This document shows positions 30,176 through 40,600 of a stretch of DNA of 64,000 nucleotides, one piece after another. Each line of letters opens with the position of its first letter. Position 1 is the stretch's first letter. The position numbers and the translations under genes are program-made. Source of the stretch: Dehalococcoidia bacterium (GTDB taxonomy: Bacteria > Chloroflexota > Dehalococcoidia > UBA6926). The notes beneath the pieces were generated by a model, which was not told where the DNA came from, searched no databases, and worked only from the letters and a program-made list of their open reading frames with translations. The stretch spans positions 182,312 through 246,311 of the forward strand of contig CBDBNN010000001.1 in NCBI GenBank assembly GCA_965207895.1, given 5' to 3'.

Positions 30176-31156
30176 TTACTCGTTCGCGCTCCTGGGGGCT
30201 TCGCCGCCCATGTCTCCGCCGCCCGACGGGGTCGCCATCGACGCCGCCGAGCTGAGGCCGCCAGCCGCAGCCGACAGCCCCGCGCTGGCCGCAACCGCGC
30301 CAACCGCAACGCCTCCCGGTCCTCCCGCCGCTCCCCCGGCCATCAGCCCGATGGTCTTTGCAGAGCGCACGAAGGACGCGGGCAGGTTCATGCCGAAGTA
30401 GAGCATCGAAAGCCAGCTATCGAAGGTGCCGGCGTTGCCCAGCAGCGACGGCACCCGGGTCGCCATGTAGACGAAGGCCAGGGACATCAGCAGCTTCCAC
30501 ACCAGGTCCTGCACCGGCTCGAAGGCGGCTATCTGCGCGACCTCGTTGAGGAACCCGAACCCCAACGCCAACGCGATGAGTTGGATCGCCTGCTGGAACA
30601 CCGTCGTCATGAATAGCCTGAGCCAGTGGCGGCCCCAGCCCGCCGTGTGGGGCAGAATCCACAGCCCCAACGCGATGGGAGCCAGGGCGAGAAGAATGTC
30701 GATCAACGCAAGGCGCAGGATCATCTGCACGATGACGTAGAGGACGAAGAAGCCGTAGACGAGATAGAGCACCGCCAGCAGCAGGGCCATGCCCACGCTT
30801 CCGGCCTGAACTGCGGTGAGCAGGGTCTTGAGGGTGGACCTGAGCATGTCCCCGGCGGTGACGTTCAGAGATACCGCGACGAAGCCGGACACGGCGTCGG
30901 CAACGTCGATGACCAGGGCGCACCACCACAGGGAGGACGCGGCGGCCACAAGCCCCAGCACCAGACGGGGGACCATCTCCCGCCAACCTGTCTGAGACCT
31001 TCCGAGGTGCTCGGACACGATGAGGGACAGCCCCATCCAGCCCAGGATCACGATTAGGGCGCCCGACGTGATGGCCCAGACGACCATCCACGCCTGCTGC
31101 ACCAGGTGGTGGGCGTAGGTGAGGTCGGGGGGAGTCCCGGTGAGGATGTCGCTCAT
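30176..31156 (-). CDS. Polytopic membrane protein (VirB6/TrbL/TcpH-like, tentative)
   Basis: 326 aa with at least six TM helices and a Gly/Ala/Ser-rich C-terminal tail. The T4SS context is typical of VirB6 analogues. Confidence 0.5.
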   Translation of the reverse strand: MSDILTGTPPDLTYAHHLVQQAWMVVWAITSGALIVILGWMGLSLIVSEHLGRSQTGWREMVPRLVLGLVAAASSLWWCALVIDVADAVSGFVAVSLNVTAGDMLRSTLKTLLTAVQAGSVGMALLLAVLYLVYGFFVLYVIVQMILRLALIDILLALAPIALGLWILPHTAGWGRHWLRLFMTTVFQQAIQLIALALGFGFLNEVAQIAAFEPVQDLVWKLLMSLAFVYMATRVPSLLGNAGTFDSWLSMLYFGMNLPASFVRSAKTIGLMAGGAAGGPGGVAVGAVAASAGLSAAAGGLSSAASMATPSGGGDMGGEAPRSANE

Positions 31157-31159
31157 GGG

Positions 31160-31777
31160 CTAGCTCCCCGTCCGACAGTTGTCGGCGTCCTCGCCCGAGG
31201 CCCGCTCCACCACGCCGCACAGCGTGCCGTGGACTCCCTCGATCACCCAGCCGGCGAAGGCCCTGGCCCAGCGGGAGGGGTTGAGGGCGCTCAGAATCTT
31301 GTCCCAGATGCGTCCCGGCTGGTGGATGGGGACGACGGCGTAGAAGTCTCCCTGCTTGCCGTCCTCGGCGTGAGCCAGCATGACCAGCAGGTAGGCCCGG
31401 TCCGGGTCCAGGTCGGGCTGCTCGTCGAGCTTGGGATACTCCCAGGAGTACTCCCAGCCGTCGGAGCGCCTCTTCTCACCGCCCCTGACCCGGTACATGG
31501 CGGATATCCAGTCGCCGGTGTCGGCGTCGCGAACGGCGTAGAAGAGGTCTTGGAGCTTGCGGTCGAAGAGGGGCCGTGCGACGAACTCGCCGCCCTTCTT
31601 GCGCTCGACGAATTCTCTGCCCTCGTTTACGAGGACGATCTCACTTGCGGGCGGCGACTGGGCCAGGGCGAGGTTGCTGGTGGGGACGGCGACCAGCGCC
31701 GCCAGCAGCAACGCAATCGCCAGCGGAATGAGCCGCCTGAATGACCGGAGCTTCGATTTCTGCGCCAAGACGTTCAC
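31160..31777 (-). CDS. Secreted hypothetical protein (signal peptide), first gene of the T4SS operon
   Basis: N-terminal RRLIPLAIALLLAALVAVPTSNLALA signal. 205 aa. Confidence 0.5.
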   Translation of the reverse strand: MNVLAQKSKLRSFRRLIPLAIALLLAALVAVPTSNLALAQSPPASEIVLVNEGREFVERKKGGEFVARPLFDRKLQDLFYAVRDADTGDWISAMYRVRGGEKRRSDGWEYSWEYPKLDEQPDLDPDRAYLLVMLAHAEDGKQGDFYAVVPIHQPGRIWDKILSALNPSRWARAFAGWVIEGVHGTLCGVVERASGEDADNCRTGS

Positions 31778-32044
31778 CTCTCTGCGGTTTCGTGCGGCCT
31801 ATCGGTTTGGGCCGCCGCAGGAGAGTGTGAACAAATCAAACGCCGAAAAAGACCCCACGCATGGTGGCACCATCCATGCCCTCTTATCTGAGGCCCGTTT
31901 CGTGCAGTATTGGGGGTGTACAGGAAATGGACTTTTGTGACTGAGTGGTCAAAGTCGTGATTTCGTAGCTAAATCAGGGGCAAAACCCCCTCTACAGGAG
32001 GTGAACGGTGAGCAATCTGATGAAAGGGCGGAGTCCGGTCTCCA

Positions 32045-32149
32045 ATGACAAAAAGAGGCTTGAGGTGGGGGTGCATGACGCGGCCAAAATCGACGGCCCG
32101 ATGACAAAAACGGCCGAAAAGTCCGCTTGAGGTGGGGGTGCGTTACGCG
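32045..32149. promoter_or_regulatory. Intergenic direct repeats (ATGACAAAAA ... GCTTGAGGTGGGGGTGCnTnACGCG, two copies) between divergent T4SS and regulatory operons
   Basis: The 25-nt repeat lies at 32058-32082 and 32125-32149, and ATGACAAAAA at 32045 and 32101. A possible 40-aa ORF (GTG at 32008, after CAGGAGG) spans them. Confidence 0.4.
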
Positions 32150-32226
32150 AGGCGAGAGATCGGGCGAATCACGGACTTGGCGGAATTCATAGCTGGAACG
32201 AGTTTTCGGAGAAGGAGGAAATTGCC

Positions 32227-33084
32227 ATGAAGACGACCGAACACGGCATCGAGGACAGCAGAGACGTGGAGAACATGTACCACATGAGGCTCATGACGTT
32301 GCTGCAAGAGCTGGTGCGGGAGCGGGGATACAAGGGCGCGGCGCGGGTGTTGGAGATCGACCAGCGCACGGTGGCCGAGAGCGCCAGGACGGGGAGGCTG
32401 TCGCGGCGGATGCGGGAGTCCCTGGAGCGGGCCTTGCAGGAGGGCGTGGGTTCTGCGGCGGCCCGTCAGCGAGAGCGCAACGACGCCCTGGAGGAGCGCC
32501 TGGGGGAGTTGGAGAGCGGGATGGATTCGCTGGGCAAGGAGGCGCGCAGGCGGCTGTCCAGGGTGGAAGGCGCGGTGGAGGCTCTGGCAAAGGAGGGCAC
32601 AGTGAGTCCGAAGACGACCGGGGCCGGTCACGCCGGCGCCGGTCCCTCGGAGCAGAGCGCTGATAAAGGAGAGGATGCAGGGTCAGTGAGCGAAGGAAGT
32701 CCTGCGTCAAAGTCGTCGATGCGGCGCGAGTACCCCGATCTGGTGACCCTTGAGCCCGCCGATGACGACGAGGAGGTCTTCGGAGACGCCTGGTCCCTGA
32801 TCGTCCGGTGGCGGGAGTTGAAGGAGTCCCATCCCAACGAGGGGAAGGGCTTCGATTGGCTGGTGGAGCGGGAGCGGCTGCTGGAGATGGAGCTTGCATT
32901 GCTGGAGGAGCACTGGATGACGCTGCCACCGGAGAAGCAGCCCCTGCACGGCCTCGACCGCAGCGGCCAGGTCAGCTGGCGCAGGAAGGCCCTCTTCGAT
33001 ACAAAGAAGGCGCTGGCCAGGCGCGAGATCGTGGGACGGGTCGTGGGCTTTCTGACACTGAAGTGGTCGCGGCCTTCGCCGTGA
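32227..33084 (+). CDS. Hypothetical coiled-coil protein
   Basis: GGAGAAGGAGG RBS. 285 aa with a helical, charged N-terminus. No recognisable catalytic motif. Confidence 0.5.
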   Translation: MKTTEHGIEDSRDVENMYHMRLMTLLQELVRERGYKGAARVLEIDQRTVAESARTGRLSRRMRESLERALQEGVGSAAARQRERNDALEERLGELESGMDSLGKEARRRLSRVEGAVEALAKEGTVSPKTTGAGHAGAGPSEQSADKGEDAGSVSEGSPASKSSMRREYPDLVTLEPADDDEEVFGDAWSLIVRWRELKESHPNEGKGFDWLVERERLLEMELALLEEHWMTLPPEKQPLHGLDRSGQVSWRRKALFDTKKALARREIVGRVVGFLTLKWSRPSP

Positions 33085-33280
33085 TGCTCCGCATTGCGGA
33101 TGCGGGAGTGAACTTTGAAGCAATTTTCGGGGTGGGGGCATGCGTGGGGTCTTTTCGGCGTCGGAGACCTGCGATAATGACCCCACTGTTTGGCTTTCTC
33201 CAAGGTTTCCGACCACAGAAACCTGGGTGCGTGATCCCTGTTGCGCGGGCTTGGCCCAAGAGGGAATGCTGGCGATGCGG

Positions 33281-33482
33281 AGTTTGACGTTGGTCCTTCG
33301 CAACCAGCGCGGGCCGATTCGACGGAGTTGACGCAAGGGCCTCCGTCCCCGGCTCAGTCCGGCGGTTGAAGTTTGACGTTGGTCCCTCACCCGCAGGGCA
33401 TAGGTCTGACGGCTGGGGTTGATCGCCTCTTCGTCGGGCACCGGTCTGACGGCTGGGGTTGATCGCCGTATCCGTCGGGCAA
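33281..33482. repeat. Intergenic direct repeats: 16-nt AGTTTGACGTTGGTCC x2 and tandem about 40-nt GGTCTGACGGCTGGGGTTGATCGCC..GTCGGGCA x2
   Basis: Exact 16-mers at 33281-33296 and 33370-33385. Exact 25-mers at 33403-33427 and 33443-33467, each followed by a matching GTCGGGCA tail. Confidence 0.6.
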
Positions 33483-33793
33483 AAGGGGACGGGTGCGCGT
33501 TCAGCGTATCGCCCCCCGCAAACTGGTCGAAAGCGCGTCTGTCGCTTCGATCGGTTCAGCACGTCTGCGGCACAACCGACATGCGGTTGGGTCGCAGCTT
33601 CGACACGCGCCGGTCTGCCGTCTCAAGCAGGCTGGCCGCTTCACGTCTCGCAGCTCTTCCCCACTGACCGACTTCACCTTGGGCGAGCTGCGTCTTCTTT
33701 CACCCCGGTCTCCCCTGCGTTCGCATCGCTGGCGGCCCGGGTGCGTCTTCGGAACGGAGTCAACGGCACACAACACAGAAGGGGGTATCGCAC

Positions 33794-34309
33794 ATGGACG
33801 AATCAAGGACACAGGACAACGGAGAAGGAGGTACGAGCATGGCGGAACGGTACACCGGACCCAGCGCGGCGCGGATCGCAGACCTGCTGGCGCATCGCGT
33901 CAGCTTCGACAGAGGCTGGTTCTGGACCAGCACGGCGGTGTGCCACGGCGGGAAGTCCGACGGGCTGGCGTTTCGGCAGCGACCCGACGGCAACGGCATC
34001 GACGTACGGTGCCACACACGGGGCTGCGGTCGCGGCGTGATAGTCACCGAGCTTGAGGCCCTCACCGGTCTGCCGATCTGGACGGCCTACGAGCCGGTCA
34101 GGGACGCGGCGGTTGGGGCTGAGGCCAAGAAACCCTGGTGGAAGCGGAAGAAGGTCGTGGTGGCCGGGGTCGTCGCCCTGGTCGTCGCCGCGCCGCTGCT
34201 CACCCTCGACCTGGAGCTGTTCTTCCTGAACCTGTTCGGTCTGGGCATCGGCTGGCTGCTGCTCAGGCGGTTCATGCCCCGTCGTTCGGCGCGGAGGTTC
34301 CGTCGCTGA
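33794..34309 (+). CDS. Hypothetical protein with Cys/His cluster and C-terminal TM helix
   Basis: CHGG...RCHTRGCGRG metal-binding-like cluster and a C-terminal VVVAGVVALVVAAPLL TM helix. An alternative ATG at 33839 follows GGAGAAGGAGG. Confidence 0.45.
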   Translation: MDESRTQDNGEGGTSMAERYTGPSAARIADLLAHRVSFDRGWFWTSTAVCHGGKSDGLAFRQRPDGNGIDVRCHTRGCGRGVIVTELEALTGLPIWTAYEPVRDAAVGAEAKKPWWKRKKVVVAGVVALVVAAPLLTLDLELFFLNLFGLGIGWLLLRRFMPRRSARRFRR

Positions 34310-34438
34310 CGGCTTCGGGCTTCTCACAACCCATCACAACACGCAGGGGTCGCTCTCTCCGAGGGCGGCCCCTACTTCTTTGCCCGAAAGCGGGCGTAAC
34401 GGATTCAAGGCAACACACAGGCACGAAGGAGGTGCGAA

Positions 34439-34942
34439 ATGACGACGGCGACATTGGCGACTCGCGGACAGACGATGGACACGGAGACAGAGCGGCCCCG
34501 GCGCAGCTTGGAGGAACTGGTGGACCGGGTGTTCGCGGCGATGGGATTCACGGGGGAGACGGAGACTCAGCCGGTTGAGCGGAGCGCAACCCGCTCCATC
34601 CACGAGGCCCGACGGCTCAGGCAGGCGGGGGACGTGGACGGGGCGCTGGCGGCGCTGGGCAGTGCGAACGTGGCGCAGGCGACGCCGAGGGAGGCTCGGT
34701 GGGCCTTCTCCGAGTGGAAGCAGATGGTCAGGCGGCGCTTCAGCGGCCGGGGCGCGGTGCTCTACAGCCAGGGCGTAGGCAGAGCCTCAGCGCTGGTTCC
34801 CCACGGCGACGGGACGCTGGAGGTCGCTGCGGTCCTGGGGATGCGCTGGCGGCCCGGCAAGGTCGTCTCGGGGCGCAGCCTCCGGGGCCTCCAGCCTCTC
34901 GTATCGAGTACGAGGCAGGCTCTAGCGAAGGCTTGCCCTTGA
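34439..34942 (+). CDS. Hypothetical protein
   Basis: An AAGGAGG RBS precedes the ATG by 7 nt. 167 aa. Confidence 0.5.
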   Translation: MTTATLATRGQTMDTETERPRRSLEELVDRVFAAMGFTGETETQPVERSATRSIHEARRLRQAGDVDGALAALGSANVAQATPREARWAFSEWKQMVRRRFSGRGAVLYSQGVGRASALVPHGDGTLEVAAVLGMRWRPGKVVSGRSLRGLQPLVSSTRQALAKACP

Positions 34943-35400
34943 CCCGGCTCTCCGCACCCTCCTCGGTCGCATCGGCGGCGCGGTTGTTCTTGCAACCCGG
35001 GCGAGGACGCGCTGCCTTCTTACACCTGCTTGCTTGGGCCGAGTGCGCCGCTAGCTAACGGCCCCTCGTCCCGGCTCTCCAATCCGTTTCACACGCCGGA
35101 GCCTGCCCGCTCCGCCCCCTTGCTTGCGGGACCCGGTCCCGCACCACCCATCCACTGACCCACCCAGGAGGACCTATGCCCAACGCACGGCGGGCATTGA
35201 CATTGCCCGCGCACGGCTTCCCCACGTAGAGCCTGCCCAGTACAGCGACACGGAGGACGCCGCAGCCGGCCATCGGCCACAACGACAACACAAAACCCAC
35301 GGAGACAGTCCCGGCCATTCGGGACAACCAATTCGAGCGGGACTGTCTCCACCCCACGGGGTGGCGGCCGTCCCGCTTCTTCATTGAAAGGAGAAGCGAC

Positions 35401-36558
35401 ATGACGACGGCAACCACGACGAGGACCAATAGGACCAAGGACACGGAACCCACGACGGATGCGGCGGCGCCCGCCGAGCGCAGGGGCAGGCCCGAGAGCG
35501 AGCTGAGGGCCGCCGCCAGGAAGCGCGGCCTCACCCTGAAGGAGCTGGCGGCCCTGATGGGCGTCAGCGCAAGCCACCTCTCCCAGGTCGGCACGGGCAA
35601 GAAGCCCTGGACCCCCAACCTGCGGGAGAAGGCGATGGCCGTGCTGGGAGAGGTCCCTGGGCAGGGGATCGTCTACCGACAGACCCGCGAGGTAGATGCA
35701 GAAAGTACCTTCATCCGGGAGCGCGCACGCGAGATAGGAATCACCATGCTGGAACTGTCCGACCGGTCGGGGGTCTCCTACGGCTACCTGACGCAGGTGG
35801 CAAGGGGACGCCGGAACATGGGACCCAAGGTGCAGGCCAGCATCGAGTCGGTCCTGAACGCTCCGGCCAGGGTCGCCCCCGCACAGTGCGCCAACCGCCA
35901 GGGTGACGTGATCGAGAGTGAGGCCAGCAGCTTCATCAGGGAGACCGCCCGCGCCCTCGGACTAACCATGAGGGAGCTGGCCGAGAAGGTCGGCGTGTCC
36001 GCCGGGTACCTCAGCCAGGTGTCCAGAGGGCACCGTAGCATGGGGGTGAAGCTCCAGGCCAGGGTCGAGGCCATGCTTGGGGGACGGGCGAAGGTCGCGT
36101 CCGCCCAGTGTCCCAACCTCGACCAACAGGCCGTCTGGGACCGGATGAAGGAGCTCGACGTCAGCCAGAACGAGGTGGCGCGTAGGGCGGGCATCAGCTC
36201 CGGCCACCTCTCCCAGATCATGAACGGCAGAAGCATCCCGTCAGCCGTGGTCCTCAGGAAGCTGCACGGAGCGCTGTTCCGGCGGAGGCAGGGGGAAGAG
36301 CGGGTGATGCCCGTCGCCATGAAGGTGTTGGGCTGGAAGAAGGGAGAGCGCAGCGGGATGGTGGTGCACGGCGCTCGCGGACGCGACGGCACGGCCAGGG
36401 GCGGCGCGGTCCGCGTCGGCGGGCGCGTGCCCTGGGGCGCGGAGGTGGAGTACGCCTTCCGCACCGGATACGACGGCGCAGGGAAGGTGTCCGTGGACCA
36501 CGTGGTCGCCCCGGGCTACTCCGCACTGCTGACACAGCCCCAGGCCGGAGCCGCGTAA
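35401..36558 (+). CDS. Transcriptional regulator with four tandem XRE-type HTH domains
   Basis: Four repeats of GLTxKELAxxxGVSxxxLSQVxxGxR (LTLKELAALMGVSASHLSQV; ITMLELSDRSGVSYGYLTQV; LTMRELAEKVGVSAGYLSQV; VSQNEVARRAGISSGHLSQI). GAAAGGAG RBS. Confidence 0.75.
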   Translation: MTTATTTRTNRTKDTEPTTDAAAPAERRGRPESELRAAARKRGLTLKELAALMGVSASHLSQVGTGKKPWTPNLREKAMAVLGEVPGQGIVYRQTREVDAESTFIRERAREIGITMLELSDRSGVSYGYLTQVARGRRNMGPKVQASIESVLNAPARVAPAQCANRQGDVIESEASSFIRETARALGLTMRELAEKVGVSAGYLSQVSRGHRSMGVKLQARVEAMLGGRAKVASAQCPNLDQQAVWDRMKELDVSQNEVARRAGISSGHLSQIMNGRSIPSAVVLRKLHGALFRRRQGEERVMPVAMKVLGWKKGERSGMVVHGARGRDGTARGGAVRVGGRVPWGAEVEYAFRTGYDGAGKVSVDHVVAPGYSALLTQPQAGAA

Positions 36559-36781
36559 GGGAATCCGCAGCATGGACGGCCCAGACGGAGCCGCACACGA
36601 GACGAAGGCTTGCTGGCTGACGGAGCTTCGCACTCTCAAGCAGACATCCAGGGCGTTTGCCGGAACCCAAGCCCCCGGTGGGGCGTAGTGCGTCTTCTGT
36701 AGACCGCCCCAGGCGGGGCAGCGCAGCGCACTTGGGTTCCGGCGGCGTCCTAGGGTCACCAAGCATCAGGAGGACGACACC

Positions 36782-37039
36782 ATGAACCTCGGAGACTTCA
36801 TGGACACCTATCGCGACGCCGTCGCCCAGCGGGTGGTGGCGTCCTACCCGCCGCTGTACCGGCCCCCGCATCAAGTGCGGGACAGGCTCTCGGAGAACGG
36901 CGGCGAGTTGCCCCGCCTGCTCAGGAATCCCTGGGGGCGCAGGCCGACGCCATCAGGGGCGCGGACCTCTCCCTACAGGCCCACCCGGGGCGCCGTCCGC
37001 GGTGCGGTAGACGTGACATGCCATGGTCAGCGTGATTGA
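36782..37039 (+). CDS. Small hypothetical protein
   Basis: CAGGAGGAC RBS 6 nt before the ATG. 85 aa. Confidence 0.4.
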   Translation: MNLGDFMDTYRDAVAQRVVASYPPLYRPPHQVRDRLSENGGELPRLLRNPWGRRPTPSGARTSPYRPTRGAVRGAVDVTCHGQRD

Positions 37040-37563
37040 CGGATTCTTGCCCACAGCCGGAGCATCCCGCCGACGCTAACCGCCGCCAGCGTGGCCACAA
37101 TCAGGCCCGTCTTCACCACGGTGAACACGGCGGCCAGCCAGGTCAGCGGAGAAGGCTCACCGTCGTAGCTCAGGGCCAGCGCAGCGATGGTCGTATTCTC
37201 CAGCACATCCGCAAGGGCGAGGGCCAGCGGCAGCAGATACAGCGGCGCTCCGCCTCGAAAGAGCCGGAACAGCAGGACGGCGAACAGCAGGCCGTACGAG
37301 GCCGGAAAGAGCATGTCGACGGTGAGCGCGGTGGTCGCATAGACGACCCGTGCGCTGGCGTCGAGCCGGTCCAGGGCGTCGAAGAGGGCCGCCGCCTCTG
37401 CGGGTGTGTACCAGCCCCGACCGTCGAGCAGGTCCAGTCCTCCCAGCCGCGCCTGCCGCCAGGCGAGTCCCGCCACACAACCGACGGCGCCAACAAAGGC
37501 TGCGACCGTCATTCGCCAGGTTGCGAGTCGCTCCACCATCCTGCCCATCTGCAATGCCTTCAC
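37027..37563 (-). CDS. Hypothetical polytopic membrane protein
   Basis: 178 aa with four or five hydrophobic helices. Confidence 0.5.
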   Translation of the reverse strand: MKALQMGRMVERLATWRMTVAAFVGAVGCVAGLAWRQARLGGLDLLDGRGWYTPAEAAALFDALDRLDASARVVYATTALTVDMLFPASYGLLFAVLLFRLFRGGAPLYLLPLALALADVLENTTIAALALSYDGEPSPLTWLAAVFTVVKTGLIVATLAAVSVGGMLRLWARIRQSR

Positions 37564-37685
37564 CTCCGGTAGACCGGGCGCCTCCTCAGGACCTGCCCAT
37601 CACCCGCCCCGTGGGGCAGAGGAAGGGGGCCTGCGACATTGCCGCAGGCCCCCTTGCATCCTCTTGCCGGTCCGGCCGGGCCGGA

Positions 37686-40600
37686 CTAGTCGTCGTCTAT
37701 GATCGTCATGGTTCCCACGGCGTCGGGCGGGTAGAGGGTCCCGGGCAGGTACGCCTCCACCACGAAGTACTCGTCCGGCTCCTCATCGTCGTCGTACTCC
37801 AGCCACACCTCCGCCGTCAGCTCCGTCACCCCCGGCGCGAACACCAGCTCACCCTCCGTGTACTGATAGTCGGTCATGTGCGCCCGGTCGTCCAGCAGGT
37901 GGTACGCAGGCGCGGTGTTCCATCTGATCCTGATCTCCTCGGTGGACGCCTCGGACAGCCGCACCCGGAACTCCAGCACGTCGCCCTCCACCGCCGACGC
38001 GGCCTCGACGGTGACGGTTATCTCCACCTCCGGCGCAGCATCGTCGTTGTCGGCCACGCCGACCGTGGCCGCGCCCTGGGACGAGGACACCGTGTAGCCG
38101 CTGCCCGCGTTCACCGTGGCCGTCACCGACCCGTCGGTCTCGTCTGCGTCGTCGTCGGTGGTGCCAACGGTGAGGGTGACGCTGCCCGTGGTGGGGACGG
38201 TCACCGTGCGCTGGCCCGTGGTCGCGCCGTAGTCGCCGCTCTGGGACACCGTGACGCTCACCGCCAGGTTGGCCGCCGGGGCCGGGCTGGCGGTCACCGT
38301 GAAGATGGCGTCCCCGCCCTCGGTAACCCCGCTGCCCGCGGTGACGCTCACCACCGGCGTGGGGGCGTCGTCGTTGTCGGACACCGCCACCGTGGCCGCG
38401 CCCTGGGTCGAGGACACCGTGTAGCCGCTGCCGGCGTTCACCGTTGCCGTCACCGAGCCGTCGGTCTCGTCAGTAGTGTCGTCCGTGGTGCCGATGGTGA
38501 GGGTGACGCTGCCCGTGGTGGGTATCGTCACCGTCCGCTGGCCCGTGGTCGCGCCGTAGTCGCCGCTCTGCGATACCGTCACGCTCACCGCCAGGTTGGA
38601 CGCCGGGGCCGGGCTGGCCGTCACCGTGAAGGTGGCGTCCCCGCCCTCGGTCACCCCGCTGCCAGCGGTGACGCTCACCACCGGCGTGGGGGCGTCGTCG
38701 TTGTCGGCCACGCCGACCGTGGCCGCGCCCTGGGTCGAGGACACCGTGTAGCCGCTGCCCGCGTTCACCGTGGCCGTCACCGACCCGTCGGTCTCGTCTG
38801 CGTCGTCGTCGGTGGTGCCCACGGTGAGGGTGACGCTGCCCGTGGTGGGTATCGTCACCGTGCGCCGGCCCGTGGTCGCGCCGTAGTCGCCGCTCTGGGA
38901 CACCGTGACGCTCACGTCCAGGTTGGCCGTAGGGGCCGGGCTGGCCGTCACCGTGAAGGTGGCGTCGCCGCCCTCGGTGATGCCGCTGCCAGCAGTGACG
39001 CTTACCTCAGGCGTGGGGGCGGCGTCGTTGTCGGCCACGGCCACCGTGGCCGCGCCCTGGGACGAGGACACCGTGTAGCCGCTGCCCGCGTTCACCGTGG
39101 CCGTCACCGAGCCGTCGGTCTCGTCAGTAGTATCGTCCGTGGTGCCGACGGTGAGGGTGACGCTGCCCGTGGTGGGTATCGTCACCGTGCGCTTCCCCGT
39201 GGCCGCGCCGTAGTCGCCGCTCTGGGACACCGTGACGCTCACGTCCAGGTTGGACGCCGGGGCCGGGCTGGCCGTCACCGTGAAGGTGGCGTCGCCGCCC
39301 TCGGTGATGCCGCTGCCCGCAGTGACGCTTACCTCAGGCGTGGGCGGCGGCGGCGTCTGCGCTGCCGCCGCCTCCAGGGCCGTCAGCTCGGTCACCACCT
39401 CGTCCCACACCGGGCTGCTGTGCCGGTTCGCCATCTCCTGCGCCTCGGACGCCGTCATCGGGCCGCCCGTGACGCCGGCGCCGTCGTGCTCGCCGAAGGC
39501 CAGCAGCACCCGGTTCCAGCGGTTCACGTGGGCCGTGCCGTGCTGCGTCTGCGACGCCAGCTCCCTGACCTTCGCGATCACGTCCGGGTCCACCGTGTAG
39601 CCCGTCTGCTCCTCAACGACCGGGTCGTCGTTGTCTGCGACGCCGACCGTGGCAGCCCCCTGGGACGAGGACACCGTGTAGCCGCTGCCCGCGTTCACCG
39701 TCAGCGTCACCGAGCCGTCGGTCTCGTCCACGTCGTCGTCCGTGGTGGTTATGGTCACCGTGGCGCTGCCCGAAGTCGGGATGGTCACCGTGCGCTGGCC
39801 CGTGGTCGCGCCGTAGTCGCCGCTCTGCGAGACCGTGAGGCTCACCGCCAGGTTGGACGCCGGGGCCGGGCTGGCCGTCACCGTGAAGGTGACGTCGCCG
39901 CCCTCGGTGATGCCGCCGCCGCCGGTGACGCTCACCACCGGCGTGGAGGCGTCGTCGTTGTCGGACACGGCCACCGTGGCCGCGCCCTGGGACGAGGACA
40001 CCGTGTAGCCGCTGCCGGCGTTCACCGTGGCCGTCACCGAGCCGTCGGTTTCGTCAGTACTGTCGTCCGTGGTGCCCACGGTGATGGTGACGCTGCCCGT
40101 GGTGGGTATGGTCACCGTCCGCTGGCCCGTGGTCGCGCCGTAGTCGCCGCTCTGCGACACCGTGACGCTCACGTCGAGATTCGCGGTCGGGGCCGGGCTG
40201 GCCGTCACCGTGAAGACGGCGTCGCCGCCCTCGGTCACCCCGCTTCCAGCGGTGACGCTCACCTCGGGCGTGGGCGGCGGCGGCGTCTGTGCCGCCGCCG
40301 CTTCCAGGGCCGTCAGCTCGACGACCACCAGGTCCCACACCGGGCTGCTGTGATTGTCGGCCATGTCCTGCGCCTCGGCCGCCGTCATCGGGCCGCCGGT
40401 GACGCCGGTCCCGTCGTGCTCGCCGAAGGCCAGCAGCACCCGGTTCCAGCGGTTCACGTGGGCCGCGCCGTGCTGGGTCTGCGACGCCAGCTCCTTGACC
40501 CTGGCGATCGTTCCCTGGTTGACCGTGTAGCCGCCGTCGTCGTCGGACACGACCACGACGGCCGTCCCCTGGGACGAGGACACCCGGTAGTCGAGGTTGG

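Noticed and set aside
28494-31744. ORFs 28494-30401(+), 30417-31220(-), 30626-31057(+) and 31106-31744(+)
   Set aside because: Shadows of the PrgI-like, VirB6-like and secreted-protein genes, in the wrong strand or frame and of low complexity.
33459-34056. 193-aa and 187-aa plus-strand ORFs
   Set aside because: They start inside the intergenic tandem repeats, overlap the better-supported gene at 33794-34309 in other frames, and are Arg-rich.
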